IMG/VR virus record: IMGVR_UViG_2690315653_000003
Location: 1 to 64,000 of that record
Length of the DNA: 64,000 nt
Origin: a virus
Lineage: Duplodnaviria; Caudoviricetes
Strand: one strand, 5' to 3'
Part shown: positions 19,970 to 29,520 of the stretch, in pieces
Numbering within the stretch: the stretch's first letter is position 1
Layout: the number at the start of each line of letters is the position of its first letter
Made by a program: the position numbers and the translations under genes
The notes under the pieces: model-generated
The model's input: the letters and a program-made list of their open reading frames with translations, nothing else
What the model was told of the DNA's origin: nothing
The model's database searches: none

Positions 19970-21331
19970 GTGCCTTGTCCAGACTGCCATCCATCCGGCC
20001 CCATATATGCTTTCCCATTTCCTGATGCCCCATGTAATGATCCCGGTAATCCAGATTGTTGCGAACATATAATTAAGGCCAGCTGTATTGAAAATGATGG
20101 TCTTCCTCTTAACTGTATAGTATCTGACACGAAGGAAAAGTTGGATATCATTTTGCAAAAGATTGATCAGAAGATTTGTGAGATCACAGGTAGTAGCGAT
20201 CCTTTTAATAATTATAGTCTTCTGTGCCTGGAACCGGTAAGTAGCCAAAAAGTATTTGCCGAAAAAACGGCTGCAATGCTTTGCCAACTGAGGTCTACTG
20301 TGGTGAACTTTACTACCAACATTTTTCCTGCAGAAATTACGGCTATCAGAAATGATATTACTACGTTAAATAAAGCTGGCTTCAATTATGAATGTCCAGT
20401 ATTAAACATTGCCCAGGCCGATTCCATTGCGGAAACTTTATTTAAGCTTGCCAATGCTATTTGTAACGTTTATTCCTCTCAGCTAGACTTGTCCAGTGTA
20501 GACTGGAACAATTGCTCTTCGGCTGAACCTGTACCACAGACCATTCAGGAGGGCTTTAACTTTCTGTTAGATCAAATTTGTGCTTTGACCACCGGGGGAC
20601 AGACTCTTCCTACTTTTGATAATACCGGAACATGTCTTACTGCAGGTACAGCGCTTGATAGCCTTTCAGATACCATTACAAAAATTCGTGCACGTTTGTG
20701 TAGTCTGCCCACATTCTCTGTTTCGGCATTAACTAGTTCCTGTATCAACTTTTCGGGGGTTACGAGCCTTGAAGGAACATTATCAAAAATATTTGAGGCG
20801 ATAGATCTGCTTACCAAAAATACGATCAGACAGGTTGATACTGATATGTTCAATATTTCTGATGCCGATGGAACGCAGCCCTGCCTGGGAAAGAAAATAT
20901 CGCTTTCAGGGCAGGTTGCAGGATCTGATAGACTTGTTGCTGTATCTGCGGCAGATAGTAATCCAGGGACTCTTGAAGATAAACTTGAACAGGGAGAAGG
21001 AATAATTTTGGATACATTTACCACTTCTGGCAAAATTATTATCAAAACTTCTTCCCAACCGGAATACAAAGTAAAGTCTACCTCTTCTGATGCTGCAGCC
21101 GGCTTTCTGGATGAAAAAATTATAGGATCAAATGGAACAATTAATACTGCTGTATCCCCAAACAGTGGCAAGTTACAGATATCGTCTTCAATAGATTACG
21201 ATTTATTAATAGATCGTCTCTTTGATATAATGGAGACAGATGCAGATATCAAGGCAAGGTTTTGCGCTTTGGTTTCATCCTGTCCTTCTCCTTGCGCTCC
21301 ACCTACTAATGTTCAGGCAATACCAGCATAA
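19970..21331 (+). CDS. Cys-rich repetitive fibre protein
   Basis: GTG start; repeated Cys...helix...Cys units; two VxxxxxDxxxGxLxxK repeats. Confidence 0.65.
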   Translation: MPCPDCHPSGPIYAFPFPDAPCNDPGNPDCCEHIIKASCIENDGLPLNCIVSDTKEKLDIILQKIDQKICEITGSSDPFNNYSLLCLEPVSSQKVFAEKTAAMLCQLRSTVVNFTTNIFPAEITAIRNDITTLNKAGFNYECPVLNIAQADSIAETLFKLANAICNVYSSQLDLSSVDWNNCSSAEPVPQTIQEGFNFLLDQICALTTGGQTLPTFDNTGTCLTAGTALDSLSDTITKIRARLCSLPTFSVSALTSSCINFSGVTSLEGTLSKIFEAIDLLTKNTIRQVDTDMFNISDADGTQPCLGKKISLSGQVAGSDRLVAVSAADSNPGTLEDKLEQGEGIILDTFTTSGKIIIKTSSQPEYKVKSTSSDAAAGFLDEKIIGSNGTINTAVSPNSGKLQISSSIDYDLLIDRLFDIMETDADIKARFCALVSSCPSPCAPPTNVQAIPA

Positions 21332-22435
21332 ATGACTGCTCCCTATATAATAAAGTTTACGCCCACAGCCGGTGCCACCGGAACGCTCATTGAATACCGG
21401 CAGGCCGGTTCCTCTGTATGGATTACCCCAACAAGTACCCCTAACCCCACCACAGGCAGCCAGTACCCACTGGATCTTGAAAAGGGCAAATCCTATTATG
21501 TATCCGTATCAGCAATTAGTCCAAATTGTAGAAGACGAAAAGCGATTATTACCGTGGTTGTACCTGCAGGCCCAGATCTGCCGTGCTGTCCTTCCGGGTT
21601 TACATTATCTCCGGATAATACTTTTTGTTACAAGGAAGAAACAATGCCCCCCGAAATTCTTTCTTCCGGTATGTGTTTAGCCTATTCCAAAGAATCAGGA
21701 GCATATTCGGGCGATGGAGCCAGACTTTATGATCCTGGATTTTCAATTCACCTGCCTTCTTCCAATACATATACTGCACTTACAGGGGCCTATTGGACGG
21801 GAACTCCTGCGGGCTATGGTGATCCTAATAATAGTGGTTCTTCCGCTAATGAGAGCGTTATGAATAGGGACAGTGTGTGGATAGATGCTGATTGCGATGG
21901 TACAAAGGATGCACTGGCTGCATGTTCGGTATTGCAGTTTACCTATTTGCTCAATCTCTCGTCCCCAAAAAGAGTTTATGTCGGGCTGGGAGGGGATAAT
22001 ACATTCAGGTTAGATATCAATAACAATATTATTGTTCAATGTGAAGCTGGCCCAAGTGGAATCGTAGCATCAGGAGGCACCGTATGTGCTACTGCACCTG
22101 CAGCTTCTTCCAGTAATGTCAGTAACAGCAATTTTAACCTCTGGCATATTATCCCGGTAGATCTGCCCTCCGGTCCAAACTATCTCAATTTCCAGGCTAC
22201 CGGTGATGGATCAGTAAACGATGCTTTCGCAGCGATTGTATATGATAATACTGCCCAGCAAATAGCTGCCGCCACAAGCGATGCAGCGCTAAATATCCTT
22301 TTTCGAACTGGAGACTTTAAAGGTGAACGCCTTGATATAGCTGTCTGTGAAGCCGGGTGGCAACTGGACACCAGCGCAGGTATTGGCAATTATGTGTGTC
22401 GGAAAATAACGCAATCGCCCACTATTTCCTGTTAA
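21332..22435 (+). CDS. Putative receptor-binding protein (FN3-like N-terminus, Cys-bounded lectin-like domain)
   Basis: IEYRQAGSSVW...KSYYVSVSA (FN3-like); CCPSGFTLSPDNTFC; VGLGGDNTFRLDIN; CEAGWQLD...YVC. Confidence 0.55.
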   Translation: MTAPYIIKFTPTAGATGTLIEYRQAGSSVWITPTSTPNPTTGSQYPLDLEKGKSYYVSVSAISPNCRRRKAIITVVVPAGPDLPCCPSGFTLSPDNTFCYKEETMPPEILSSGMCLAYSKESGAYSGDGARLYDPGFSIHLPSSNTYTALTGAYWTGTPAGYGDPNNSGSSANESVMNRDSVWIDADCDGTKDALAACSVLQFTYLLNLSSPKRVYVGLGGDNTFRLDINNNIIVQCEAGPSGIVASGGTVCATAPAASSSNVSNSNFNLWHIIPVDLPSGPNYLNFQATGDGSVNDAFAAIVYDNTAQQIAAATSDAALNILFRTGDFKGERLDIAVCEAGWQLDTSAGIGNYVCRKITQSPTISC

Positions 22436-22451
22436 CCCCAATATTTTAAAA

Positions 22452-22694
22452 ATGCCAGATGTTTCTACTGGAACCACCATGATTAAGTTTGGTTCGTCTT
22501 TACGCATAGGATATCGGGCAGAAGGTTCAGCCTCTGCTTTTACCTACCTGCCTCAATATTACTCTCAGGCTCAATTACCGCTAACTTTTACTGTTCCCTC
22601 TTCCGGGAGTTGGGAAATAGAATATTCCGAAATCTGCCCGAACTGTAGCGGGGGAATATATTCTGACAGTGTAATAACTATTGTAAATGTATGA
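22452..22694 (+). CDS. Small beta-sandwich (FN3-like) protein
   Basis: IGYRAEGS...WEIEYSEICPNC. Confidence 0.5.
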   Translation: MPDVSTGTTMIKFGSSLRIGYRAEGSASAFTYLPQYYSQAQLPLTFTVPSSGSWEIEYSEICPNCSGGIYSDSVITIVNV

Positions 22695-22857
22695 TAGGTA
22701 TTGATGTTTTGACTCTCACGTAATTCAACTATTCAGAAAATCAAAAATCCTGATTTCTTTAACTTGTTAGATTGAAGAAATGGCCTGTGTTTAATTATCT
22801 GCTGTTTAATGTTTTAATTTTACAGGTAAGAATTCTCGTTGTTAACCCATAACCCCT

Positions 22858-23541
22858 ATGACCCTACGCCAGATTGTATCTGACCTCAGATCCATGCTCA
22901 AGCAGGTAAGTGCAGATAGTGTACTCACCGATAGAATGCTGGCATCTGAATTACGTAGTGCCGCCGCTTTACTCATCAGAAGGGATTTGCTATTGCGAAG
23001 GCTATGGAATACCCCAACTCTTTTTACCCAGATCAGATGTCTGAAACTCTGTGAGGTGCCTGTAGCAGAGTGCTGTAACTATTCGGCCCCCTGCACAATC
23101 CGCCGTTCCCAGTGCAGAATTAAGGGCATTGCAGATCTTGGAACATTCGGGCTGGCCATCCAGGGAATTTTTACCATTGATGGTAGGAAGAAGTTCAAAG
23201 AAGCTAATCCTTCCAGGTATGAAAATATTTTACGATTAAACATACCCAATAAAAAAGGGTATTACTGGTTACTGGATGGTTATCTGTATATCACTGATCC
23301 TGATCTGGAAGCCATTAACCTGGTAGCTTATTTTGAAGAGGGAGTAACCTTTGAGGGGACAGACTGCCAGTGCGCAGATGCGACTGTGGATCAAAGTTGT
23401 CTCAATCCCCTTGATGAAGATTTTAAATGTCCTCAGTACTTAATTGAAAATGCGAAAAATGCTGTCTATGAAAAACTCGGAAGATTGTTTAAATCATCTT
23501 TAGCAGATCCGGTGAGTAACGAAAAAGAAGAAGCGCGATGA
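22858..23541 (+). CDS. Tail ring protein
   Basis: Position before IHF/tail tube; YYWLLDGYLYI, FKCP motifs. Confidence 0.55.
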   Translation: MTLRQIVSDLRSMLKQVSADSVLTDRMLASELRSAAALLIRRDLLLRRLWNTPTLFTQIRCLKLCEVPVAECCNYSAPCTIRRSQCRIKGIADLGTFGLAIQGIFTIDGRKKFKEANPSRYENILRLNIPNKKGYYWLLDGYLYITDPDLEAINLVAYFEEGVTFEGTDCQCADATVDQSCLNPLDEDFKCPQYLIENAKNAVYEKLGRLFKSSLADPVSNEKEEAR

Positions 23542-24029
23542 GACCTCGAATTGATTATAGAAGTACCAGTAAAGCAGCATATAATGATTTTTGCAGCCAG
23601 CATCCTAATGAACAGATTTCTTTTATCCAGTACAAAGAAATTATTTTGGGATTTAATACGTTACTGGCAGATCATGTCCTTGAAACCGGTGAGCGCATAA
23701 AACTCCCATTTGGACTTGGAGAAATAAGTATTGCCAAGTTTCGCCCTCCCAGACAGAAAACATTTTTAAACAAAACTGGAAAAGCTGTAACGATTACCGG
23801 CCTACCCATTAACTGGCAGAAAACCCGAGAGCATAAAAAGATCATATATCACCTGAACGCTCACACTGATGGTAATAAATATCGCTGGAAGTGGTTTGTT
23901 AAAAATGCCCGTTTTGCCGGTGCTGGTTGTTTTAGTTTCAGAGCTAACAGAATCCCTTCAAGAAAATTAGCCCAGTATTTAAAGTCAGACCCTAAATACG
24001 CTCAAATATATCGCCAATGGCAGGATTAA
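23538..24029 (+). CDS. IHF/HU-like DNA-binding protein (crAss tail-module IHF)
   Basis: GERIKLPFGLGEISIAK, INWQKT, NAHTDG; very basic. Confidence 0.7.
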   Translation: MRPRIDYRSTSKAAYNDFCSQHPNEQISFIQYKEIILGFNTLLADHVLETGERIKLPFGLGEISIAKFRPPRQKTFLNKTGKAVTITGLPINWQKTREHKKIIYHLNAHTDGNKYRWKWFVKNARFAGAGCFSFRANRIPSRKLAQYLKSDPKYAQIYRQWQD

Positions 24030-24892
24030 CCCATCCATCCTATTATTATCCCTACGAATTTATCTCCCCCTCATCTATGTATGCAGAAATTAAAGAGGAG
24101 ATGAAAAGTTATTTTGCTACCGGGGTGGTGGATGATACCATGTTTCCTATATATACGGAGAGTGCTTTAAAGAAAATTGGGAGAGCAACCTACAAAATAG
24201 ATGAAGTTATTGTTGAGCTGAGTAATCTTTCTGCATGCCTTCCAGCCGATTTCAGTTTCATCCGCGAAGTATGGTCCTGCCAGTCTTCTTATTTTACTAT
24301 GCCCAACCCAGGAGCACTATATAGTAGTAATACCTATGTCATCTCTCCGGGCGGTGATTTTGACTCCTGTAATCCATGTTCATGTCCTGAGACTTGCGAT
24401 AAAAAATTCCAGGTAGTAAGTAAAACGACCACACAGACCATTCTGACTTTTAATCACTCCTACCGGCTTAAGCCAGGAAACAGAAATGTCTTAAACCTAT
24501 GCAGCAAGGATTGTGATGCTATCAGCAAAGATGCTCCAGATATCTTTGATATCCGGGATGGAAAAATATTTACCGGATTTACGGAAGGTACCCTGCACAT
24601 CATCTTTTATAAAAAAGAATTTGACGATTCTGAGTTCCAACTCATACCAGATAACCACCGAATCATAGAATACATCAAGGCATTTTTAAAATACAAGATG
24701 TATGAACAGATCTTCAATGAGGTAGCTGATGAATCTTTTAACCAGGCAGAGCGAAAATATCAGCTATATAAACAAGAATACTATGATGCCTATATCAATG
24801 CAGACGCGGAGGTAAAGAAACAAACCATTGGCCAGAAAATCAGCAGCATACATGCTGCCAGCCGTCGCATGAACAAATATATTATCAGGTGA
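24017..24892 (+). CDS. Tail tubular/ring protein
   Basis: LPADF, IFTGFTEG.LHIIFY, LIPD, YIKAFLKYK; precedes the muzzle gene. Confidence 0.7.
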   Translation: MAGLTHPSYYYPYEFISPSSMYAEIKEEMKSYFATGVVDDTMFPIYTESALKKIGRATYKIDEVIVELSNLSACLPADFSFIREVWSCQSSYFTMPNPGALYSSNTYVISPGGDFDSCNPCSCPETCDKKFQVVSKTTTQTILTFNHSYRLKPGNRNVLNLCSKDCDAISKDAPDIFDIRDGKIFTGFTEGTLHIIFYKKEFDDSEFQLIPDNHRIIEYIKAFLKYKMYEQIFNEVADESFNQAERKYQLYKQEYYDAYINADAEVKKQTIGQKISSIHAASRRMNKYIIR

Positions 24893-27800
24893 GAAGCGAT
24901 AACCCCTATACCGCAAATACAGCCCAGCTGGGAATGAATACTGACGCTGCAATTTCAGCAATGAAAGAAGGGCAGCTGACTTTCGCGCGAAATGCAGTAC
25001 TCCAGAATTTTGACGGGAAGATGCTTTGCTATCAAAACGAGCAATCTAACGAGCTTTGCGGCCAGTTAAAGCCTGGTTTTAAAGTCATAGGGTTAAAAAA
25101 TATTATTGAGCAGCAGCGCTCCGTCTTTTTCATGGTTAACCCTGATTCCGGAGATTGTGAAATCTGCCAGCAAACCCATGGCCAGTGTACCTATGCAACG
25201 ATCATAAATGCCCGTTGTTTAAACTTTAATATTTCATTTCCAATACACAAAGTAATAGTTAAAACATCAAACTGCAGCACCCAACTATTTTGGACTGACG
25301 GGCTTAATCCTCCACGATGGATAGATCTGGAGGAGCTTCCCTGGTTAGAGCTGCCGGATCCGGCTGACAGCACTAAAAAAATAAAACAGGAAGGAACAGC
25401 CGACTGTAATAAGCTGCTTGTTCAACCTAATTTTTCCATTCCGGTAATTACCCCCACAGCTTCAACTGTAGGTGGATCTTTAAGAATGGGTAGCTACCAA
25501 TTTGCCGTTCAGTATGCAGGCAGTCTGGGTAGTGGACTCACTGGATTTTATGGCATTACCAACGCCATTGGTATTTGGGAGTCCCGTTACACCCAGGACA
25601 CCGATCTTTTAAGCGATAAAGCAATTGCCTTATCAATAACCGGACTTGATAGAAGTGGTCTGTATGACTACTTTAACCTGGTTTTAATAAAAACGATTAA
25701 TAATATCGCCAACGTGGAGCTGGTCGGAACTTATCCTGTTGGTAGTGGAAGCGTACAATTGATTTATTCCGGAGAAAGTAAATCAGATGTCAGGCTTACT
25801 ATGGAAGATATTTTTGAACGATTCCCCTATTATGATACCGCTCAGGATGTGACTACCAGTGATAATGCCCTTATTTGGGCAGATATGGCTGTCCATCAGA
25901 AAATCAATTACCAACAGATATGGTCTAAAGTGAAATTGTTTTGGGAAACCTGGAAGATTCCTGTTACCAAATTTGAAGGATACAATAATCCCATTAACAC
26001 ATCGCAGTACAGAGGATATATGGGCGATGAGGTGTACGCCTTTGAGGGGTGCTTTATTTTACGAAATGGAAAAATCACTGAAAAGTTTCATATCCCTGGT
26101 AGATTGCCTACTGATTATGATCTTCAGATTATTACCGGCGATGATGTCATTGTATATGACGAGAACCCTTGTGCTGATCCAAAGCCCACCCTGCGCTGGC
26201 AGGTGTATAACACGGCTACTTTTATTGCTCACAGCGAAGACTTTATAGATCGTGGAGCAGATAACTGTTATATAGGCCCCTATCAATATGGTCTATTCGG
26301 ATATCATGAGTCCACTGAGCTATACCCTGATAATAGATATATATGGGGAGATCTGGCCGGAAAACCTATTCGTCATCACCGCTTTCCAGATGCCGTCGTT
26401 TGCCCGATTCATGACGATAATACTACCGGTAATGTCGGATTTCAGCATAGTATATATCCTAAAGGAGTCCGGGTAGACCTGCGCAGCCTTTATGATGCCA
26501 TTGATAACTCCGATTTAAGCGATGCTGACAAATCCCAGATTGCCGGCTTTAAAATCACTCGTGCTAACAGAGCAAGTCATAAGTCTGTAGTAGCAAAGGG
26601 GTTGCTTTTTAATGTGGGCACGTATAATTATCAAGGTACAACGAGTTTCTATCCAAATTATCCGCTAAACGATCTTCGTCCTGATCCTTTTCTGGCAGCA
26701 GAGAAAATTACGGCTAAATCCGGAGATAATCCGACAGCCCGTCTGGATGGATTTTCCAGTCAGGAAAGTAAACAACGGTATACCTTCCATTCTCCTGATA
26801 CTCACTTTTATCAGCCCTATGGGGTAGATAGTGGTTATCTGAAACTGGAAAGCGTCGAATATGGTAAATCCCGATCACATTTTGTAGAGGTAAAAGATAA
26901 TGCGAAATATAAATTTTTAACCAAAGATGCTACTAAGCTGGCTTTCGCAGCCGGAATGGCGAGCGTAATAACTTTAGACATCGGGGGTGGTTTCGGAACC
27001 CAGGCATTCCAGGCGCAAGCTGGATTACAGCTGCAGGCTGTAATTCCTTCTTTCACTTCTACGCTTGAAGTGATTAAAAATATCACACCAGCGGTAAATT
27101 ATGGCTGGCAGTTAAATGTGGTAGGAAATTATTCCAGATCTGTTCCGGTTGAAAATAGTGGTTCGAAAATTCGCCGTATTGATATCGGCGGCTATCTCAC
27201 TGCCGGTATGCAGCATTTGGGAGATATTCATACCATTAACAATTTACGACGGGAAAGCAGCGTGTATTTAAAAGTAGCGGGTCCCTTACCATTTCCCCAT
27301 GAAGTTTCTGAAGACATCGCCGCTGATAATTCCAGGTACCTGATCTCTGAATCCGGATGCTCAAAATCTCCTTCTGAAATTGAAGAAAGGAATATTTGCG
27401 CATATTATGGAGCAATAAAAAGGATCGTTCCCGGACAATATGGAAGGATGTACTCTTATGAGAGCGTAGATACCGGATACTACCAACCACTGTCAGATGA
27501 AAATGGAGTAAGGCTGTATAAGTTTGCTACCGTTTTTGGCGGGGACTGCTTCATTAACCGGTTTGCACTGAAAAGAAAACTCGCATTTTTTCTTGATGAA
27601 ACAGTAAATAAAGGTGAAGGAACGGATATAAACTTAGATGATCTCTCCAATATTGGATATCCTATGTTTTGGTATTCTACCAAACCAATAGATGTCGATG
27701 CTGATTTGTCCGGACTTGAAAGTGAAATGAACACCTTAACGGATTTTGGTTTTTGGACAGTACTCGGAAATCTGGTTAGTGGTGGAACAAAACCGCTGCG

Positions 27801-29520
27801 TGCAGGACTTACAATTCTTAATAAACTTTTCCAGGCTTACCTGGAAGTATTAGGTGTGGCTAATATCAACCTGGATTGTGCTGCCACAAAGAATATGAAC
27901 GAGATAGGAAAAGCCTATCTGTTTGCTTATGGCATCCCATACTTTTTTACGGAATCAGAAGTAAATACTGATTACCGCCAGGCTATCAATATTAAGGAAG
28001 GGGACTATTTCCCAAATGTTGGAGCCGATATTCCCGATGACTGGTTACAGGAAACCTTTGTTCCGATTGCAAACGATAATCTTTACGTTTATAATAAGAG
28101 CTATTCCAAGCAAAACAAAGAAACCTATTTCCACCCTCTCCAGGAGAATTTTGATCCCACAAAAACCTGTCAGACACATTTTGCCAACCGGATCATTTAT
28201 TCAGAAAAAGCAAATATGGAGGAGCTGAAAAATAACTGGTTAGTGTACAGACCCGTTAGTTATTTTGATTTGCCGAAAAACTATGGCCCACTAACCGCTG
28301 TCGATGGTATTGAAGACAGGCGTCTGCTGGTCAGGTTAAGACATAAAAGCCTTATATATAATGTAATGGCAACGCTGGATACACAGGCTGGGATTGCCCA
28401 ACTTGGAAACCCTGCTTTCTTTTCAGGGCCCCCTGTTGATTTTATAGAAAGCGATTACGGATACGCTGGTAGCGCTCACAAACTGCTGATTAAATGTCCA
28501 TATGGCAATATCTGGGTAGACACTATCCGGGGACAGGTGTTGCTCCATAAAGGCACTAGCATAGAGGATCTGGCTTTAAAAGGAATGAATAGCTGGCTTA
28601 TGAATAATCTGCCTTTTCAGATTACTTCCCTGTTTAAGGAAATAGGTACTGACAATCATTTTAATCACATAGGGCTTACCGGGATCTTTGATACCAGGTA
28701 TAATCGTTTGCTTTTGACAAAAAAGGACTTTCTTCCTTTGAACGCCGGTATTGAGTATTCAAATGGAAAATTCTTCCTGGATAATAAACAGGTTCAGCTT
28801 TCAGATGCTCAGTATTTCTGCAATAAATCCTGGACGCTATCCTATAGCTTTATCACCGGAGCATGGGTAGCTTACCATAGCTATATTCCTGATTACTACA
28901 TAGGTCATCCGGCATTTTTCCAGACAGGATTTTCCGGTGGGCAATATGATCATGGAACCGCCTACACTTATGGTAGCTTCTATGGCCTGCCAGCTGAATA
29001 TATACTGGAGTATCCGCTGCAATTTGGTGGACAGGAAACCATTATAGGATCTGTCCATGATTATACTACTGTATTAAAATATACCAGTGCAGAATCTTAC
29101 CATGAGGTTGAAAATGATATTTATTTTAATCATGCCGTTATTTATTCTGACTCTCAATGCTCTGGAATATTGAATCTGAAACCAAAGCCCAGAGGGAACC
29201 TGAAAGCTTACCTGTCATATCCTAAATTCAATACTGATTCCAAAGATATTCTGGTTACAAAATCTGATCACCTGTTTAACTTCAATCAGTTTTGGGATAT
29301 CGTTTCTTCCAGAAACCTGCCATTTTTTTCCCGCTCCTGTCAGCTACCCTCCGTGGACAGGATCTTCATCAAAGAAAATCTTGACTATGGGATGCGGCCA
29401 CATACAAAATCAAGGATACGTTCTAAAGATGCACGTATCAGACTTATCTATGATAGCCAGGGGCCGTATAAGCTTATCACCAATTTTTTGTTAACCAATA
29501 CCCAAGACTCTTTCAAATAA
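24889..29520 (+). CDS. Tail stabilization/muzzle protein
   Basis: 1543 aa; GMNTD, FWTDGLNPPR, IRHHRFPD, FGGDCFINRF, SWTLSYS..W..YHSYIPDYY. Confidence 0.8.
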   Translation: MRSDNPYTANTAQLGMNTDAAISAMKEGQLTFARNAVLQNFDGKMLCYQNEQSNELCGQLKPGFKVIGLKNIIEQQRSVFFMVNPDSGDCEICQQTHGQCTYATIINARCLNFNISFPIHKVIVKTSNCSTQLFWTDGLNPPRWIDLEELPWLELPDPADSTKKIKQEGTADCNKLLVQPNFSIPVITPTASTVGGSLRMGSYQFAVQYAGSLGSGLTGFYGITNAIGIWESRYTQDTDLLSDKAIALSITGLDRSGLYDYFNLVLIKTINNIANVELVGTYPVGSGSVQLIYSGESKSDVRLTMEDIFERFPYYDTAQDVTTSDNALIWADMAVHQKINYQQIWSKVKLFWETWKIPVTKFEGYNNPINTSQYRGYMGDEVYAFEGCFILRNGKITEKFHIPGRLPTDYDLQIITGDDVIVYDENPCADPKPTLRWQVYNTATFIAHSEDFIDRGADNCYIGPYQYGLFGYHESTELYPDNRYIWGDLAGKPIRHHRFPDAVVCPIHDDNTTGNVGFQHSIYPKGVRVDLRSLYDAIDNSDLSDADKSQIAGFKITRANRASHKSVVAKGLLFNVGTYNYQGTTSFYPNYPLNDLRPDPFLAAEKITAKSGDNPTARLDGFSSQESKQRYTFHSPDTHFYQPYGVDSGYLKLESVEYGKSRSHFVEVKDNAKYKFLTKDATKLAFAAGMASVITLDIGGGFGTQAFQAQAGLQLQAVIPSFTSTLEVIKNITPAVNYGWQLNVVGNYSRSVPVENSGSKIRRIDIGGYLTAGMQHLGDIHTINNLRRESSVYLKVAGPLPFPHEVSEDIAADNSRYLISESGCSKSPSEIEERNICAYYGAIKRIVPGQYGRMYSYESVDTGYYQPLSDENGVRLYKFATVFGGDCFINRFALKRKLAFFLDETVNKGEGTDINLDDLSNIGYPMFWYSTKPIDVDADLSGLESEMNTLTDFGFWTVLGNLVSGGTKPLRAGLTILNKLFQAYLEVLGVANINLDCAATKNMNEIGKAYLFAYGIPYFFTESEVNTDYRQAINIKEGDYFPNVGADIPDDWLQETFVPIANDNLYVYNKSYSKQNKETYFHPLQENFDPTKTCQTHFANRIIYSEKANMEELKNNWLVYRPVSYFDLPKNYGPLTAVDGIEDRRLLVRLRHKSLIYNVMATLDTQAGIAQLGNPAFFSGPPVDFIESDYGYAGSAHKLLIKCPYGNIWVDTIRGQVLLHKGTSIEDLALKGMNSWLMNNLPFQITSLFKEIGTDNHFNHIGLTGIFDTRYNRLLLTKKDFLPLNAGIEYSNGKFFLDNKQVQLSDAQYFCNKSWTLSYSFITGAWVAYHSYIPDYYIGHPAFFQTGFSGGQYDHGTAYTYGSFYGLPAEYILEYPLQFGGQETIIGSVHDYTTVLKYTSAESYHEVENDIYFNHAVIYSDSQCSGILNLKPKPRGNLKAYLSYPKFNTDSKDILVTKSDHLFNFNQFWDIVSSRNLPFFSRSCQLPSVDRIFIKENLDYGMRPHTKSRIRSKDARIRLIYDSQGPYKLITNFLLTNTQDSFK

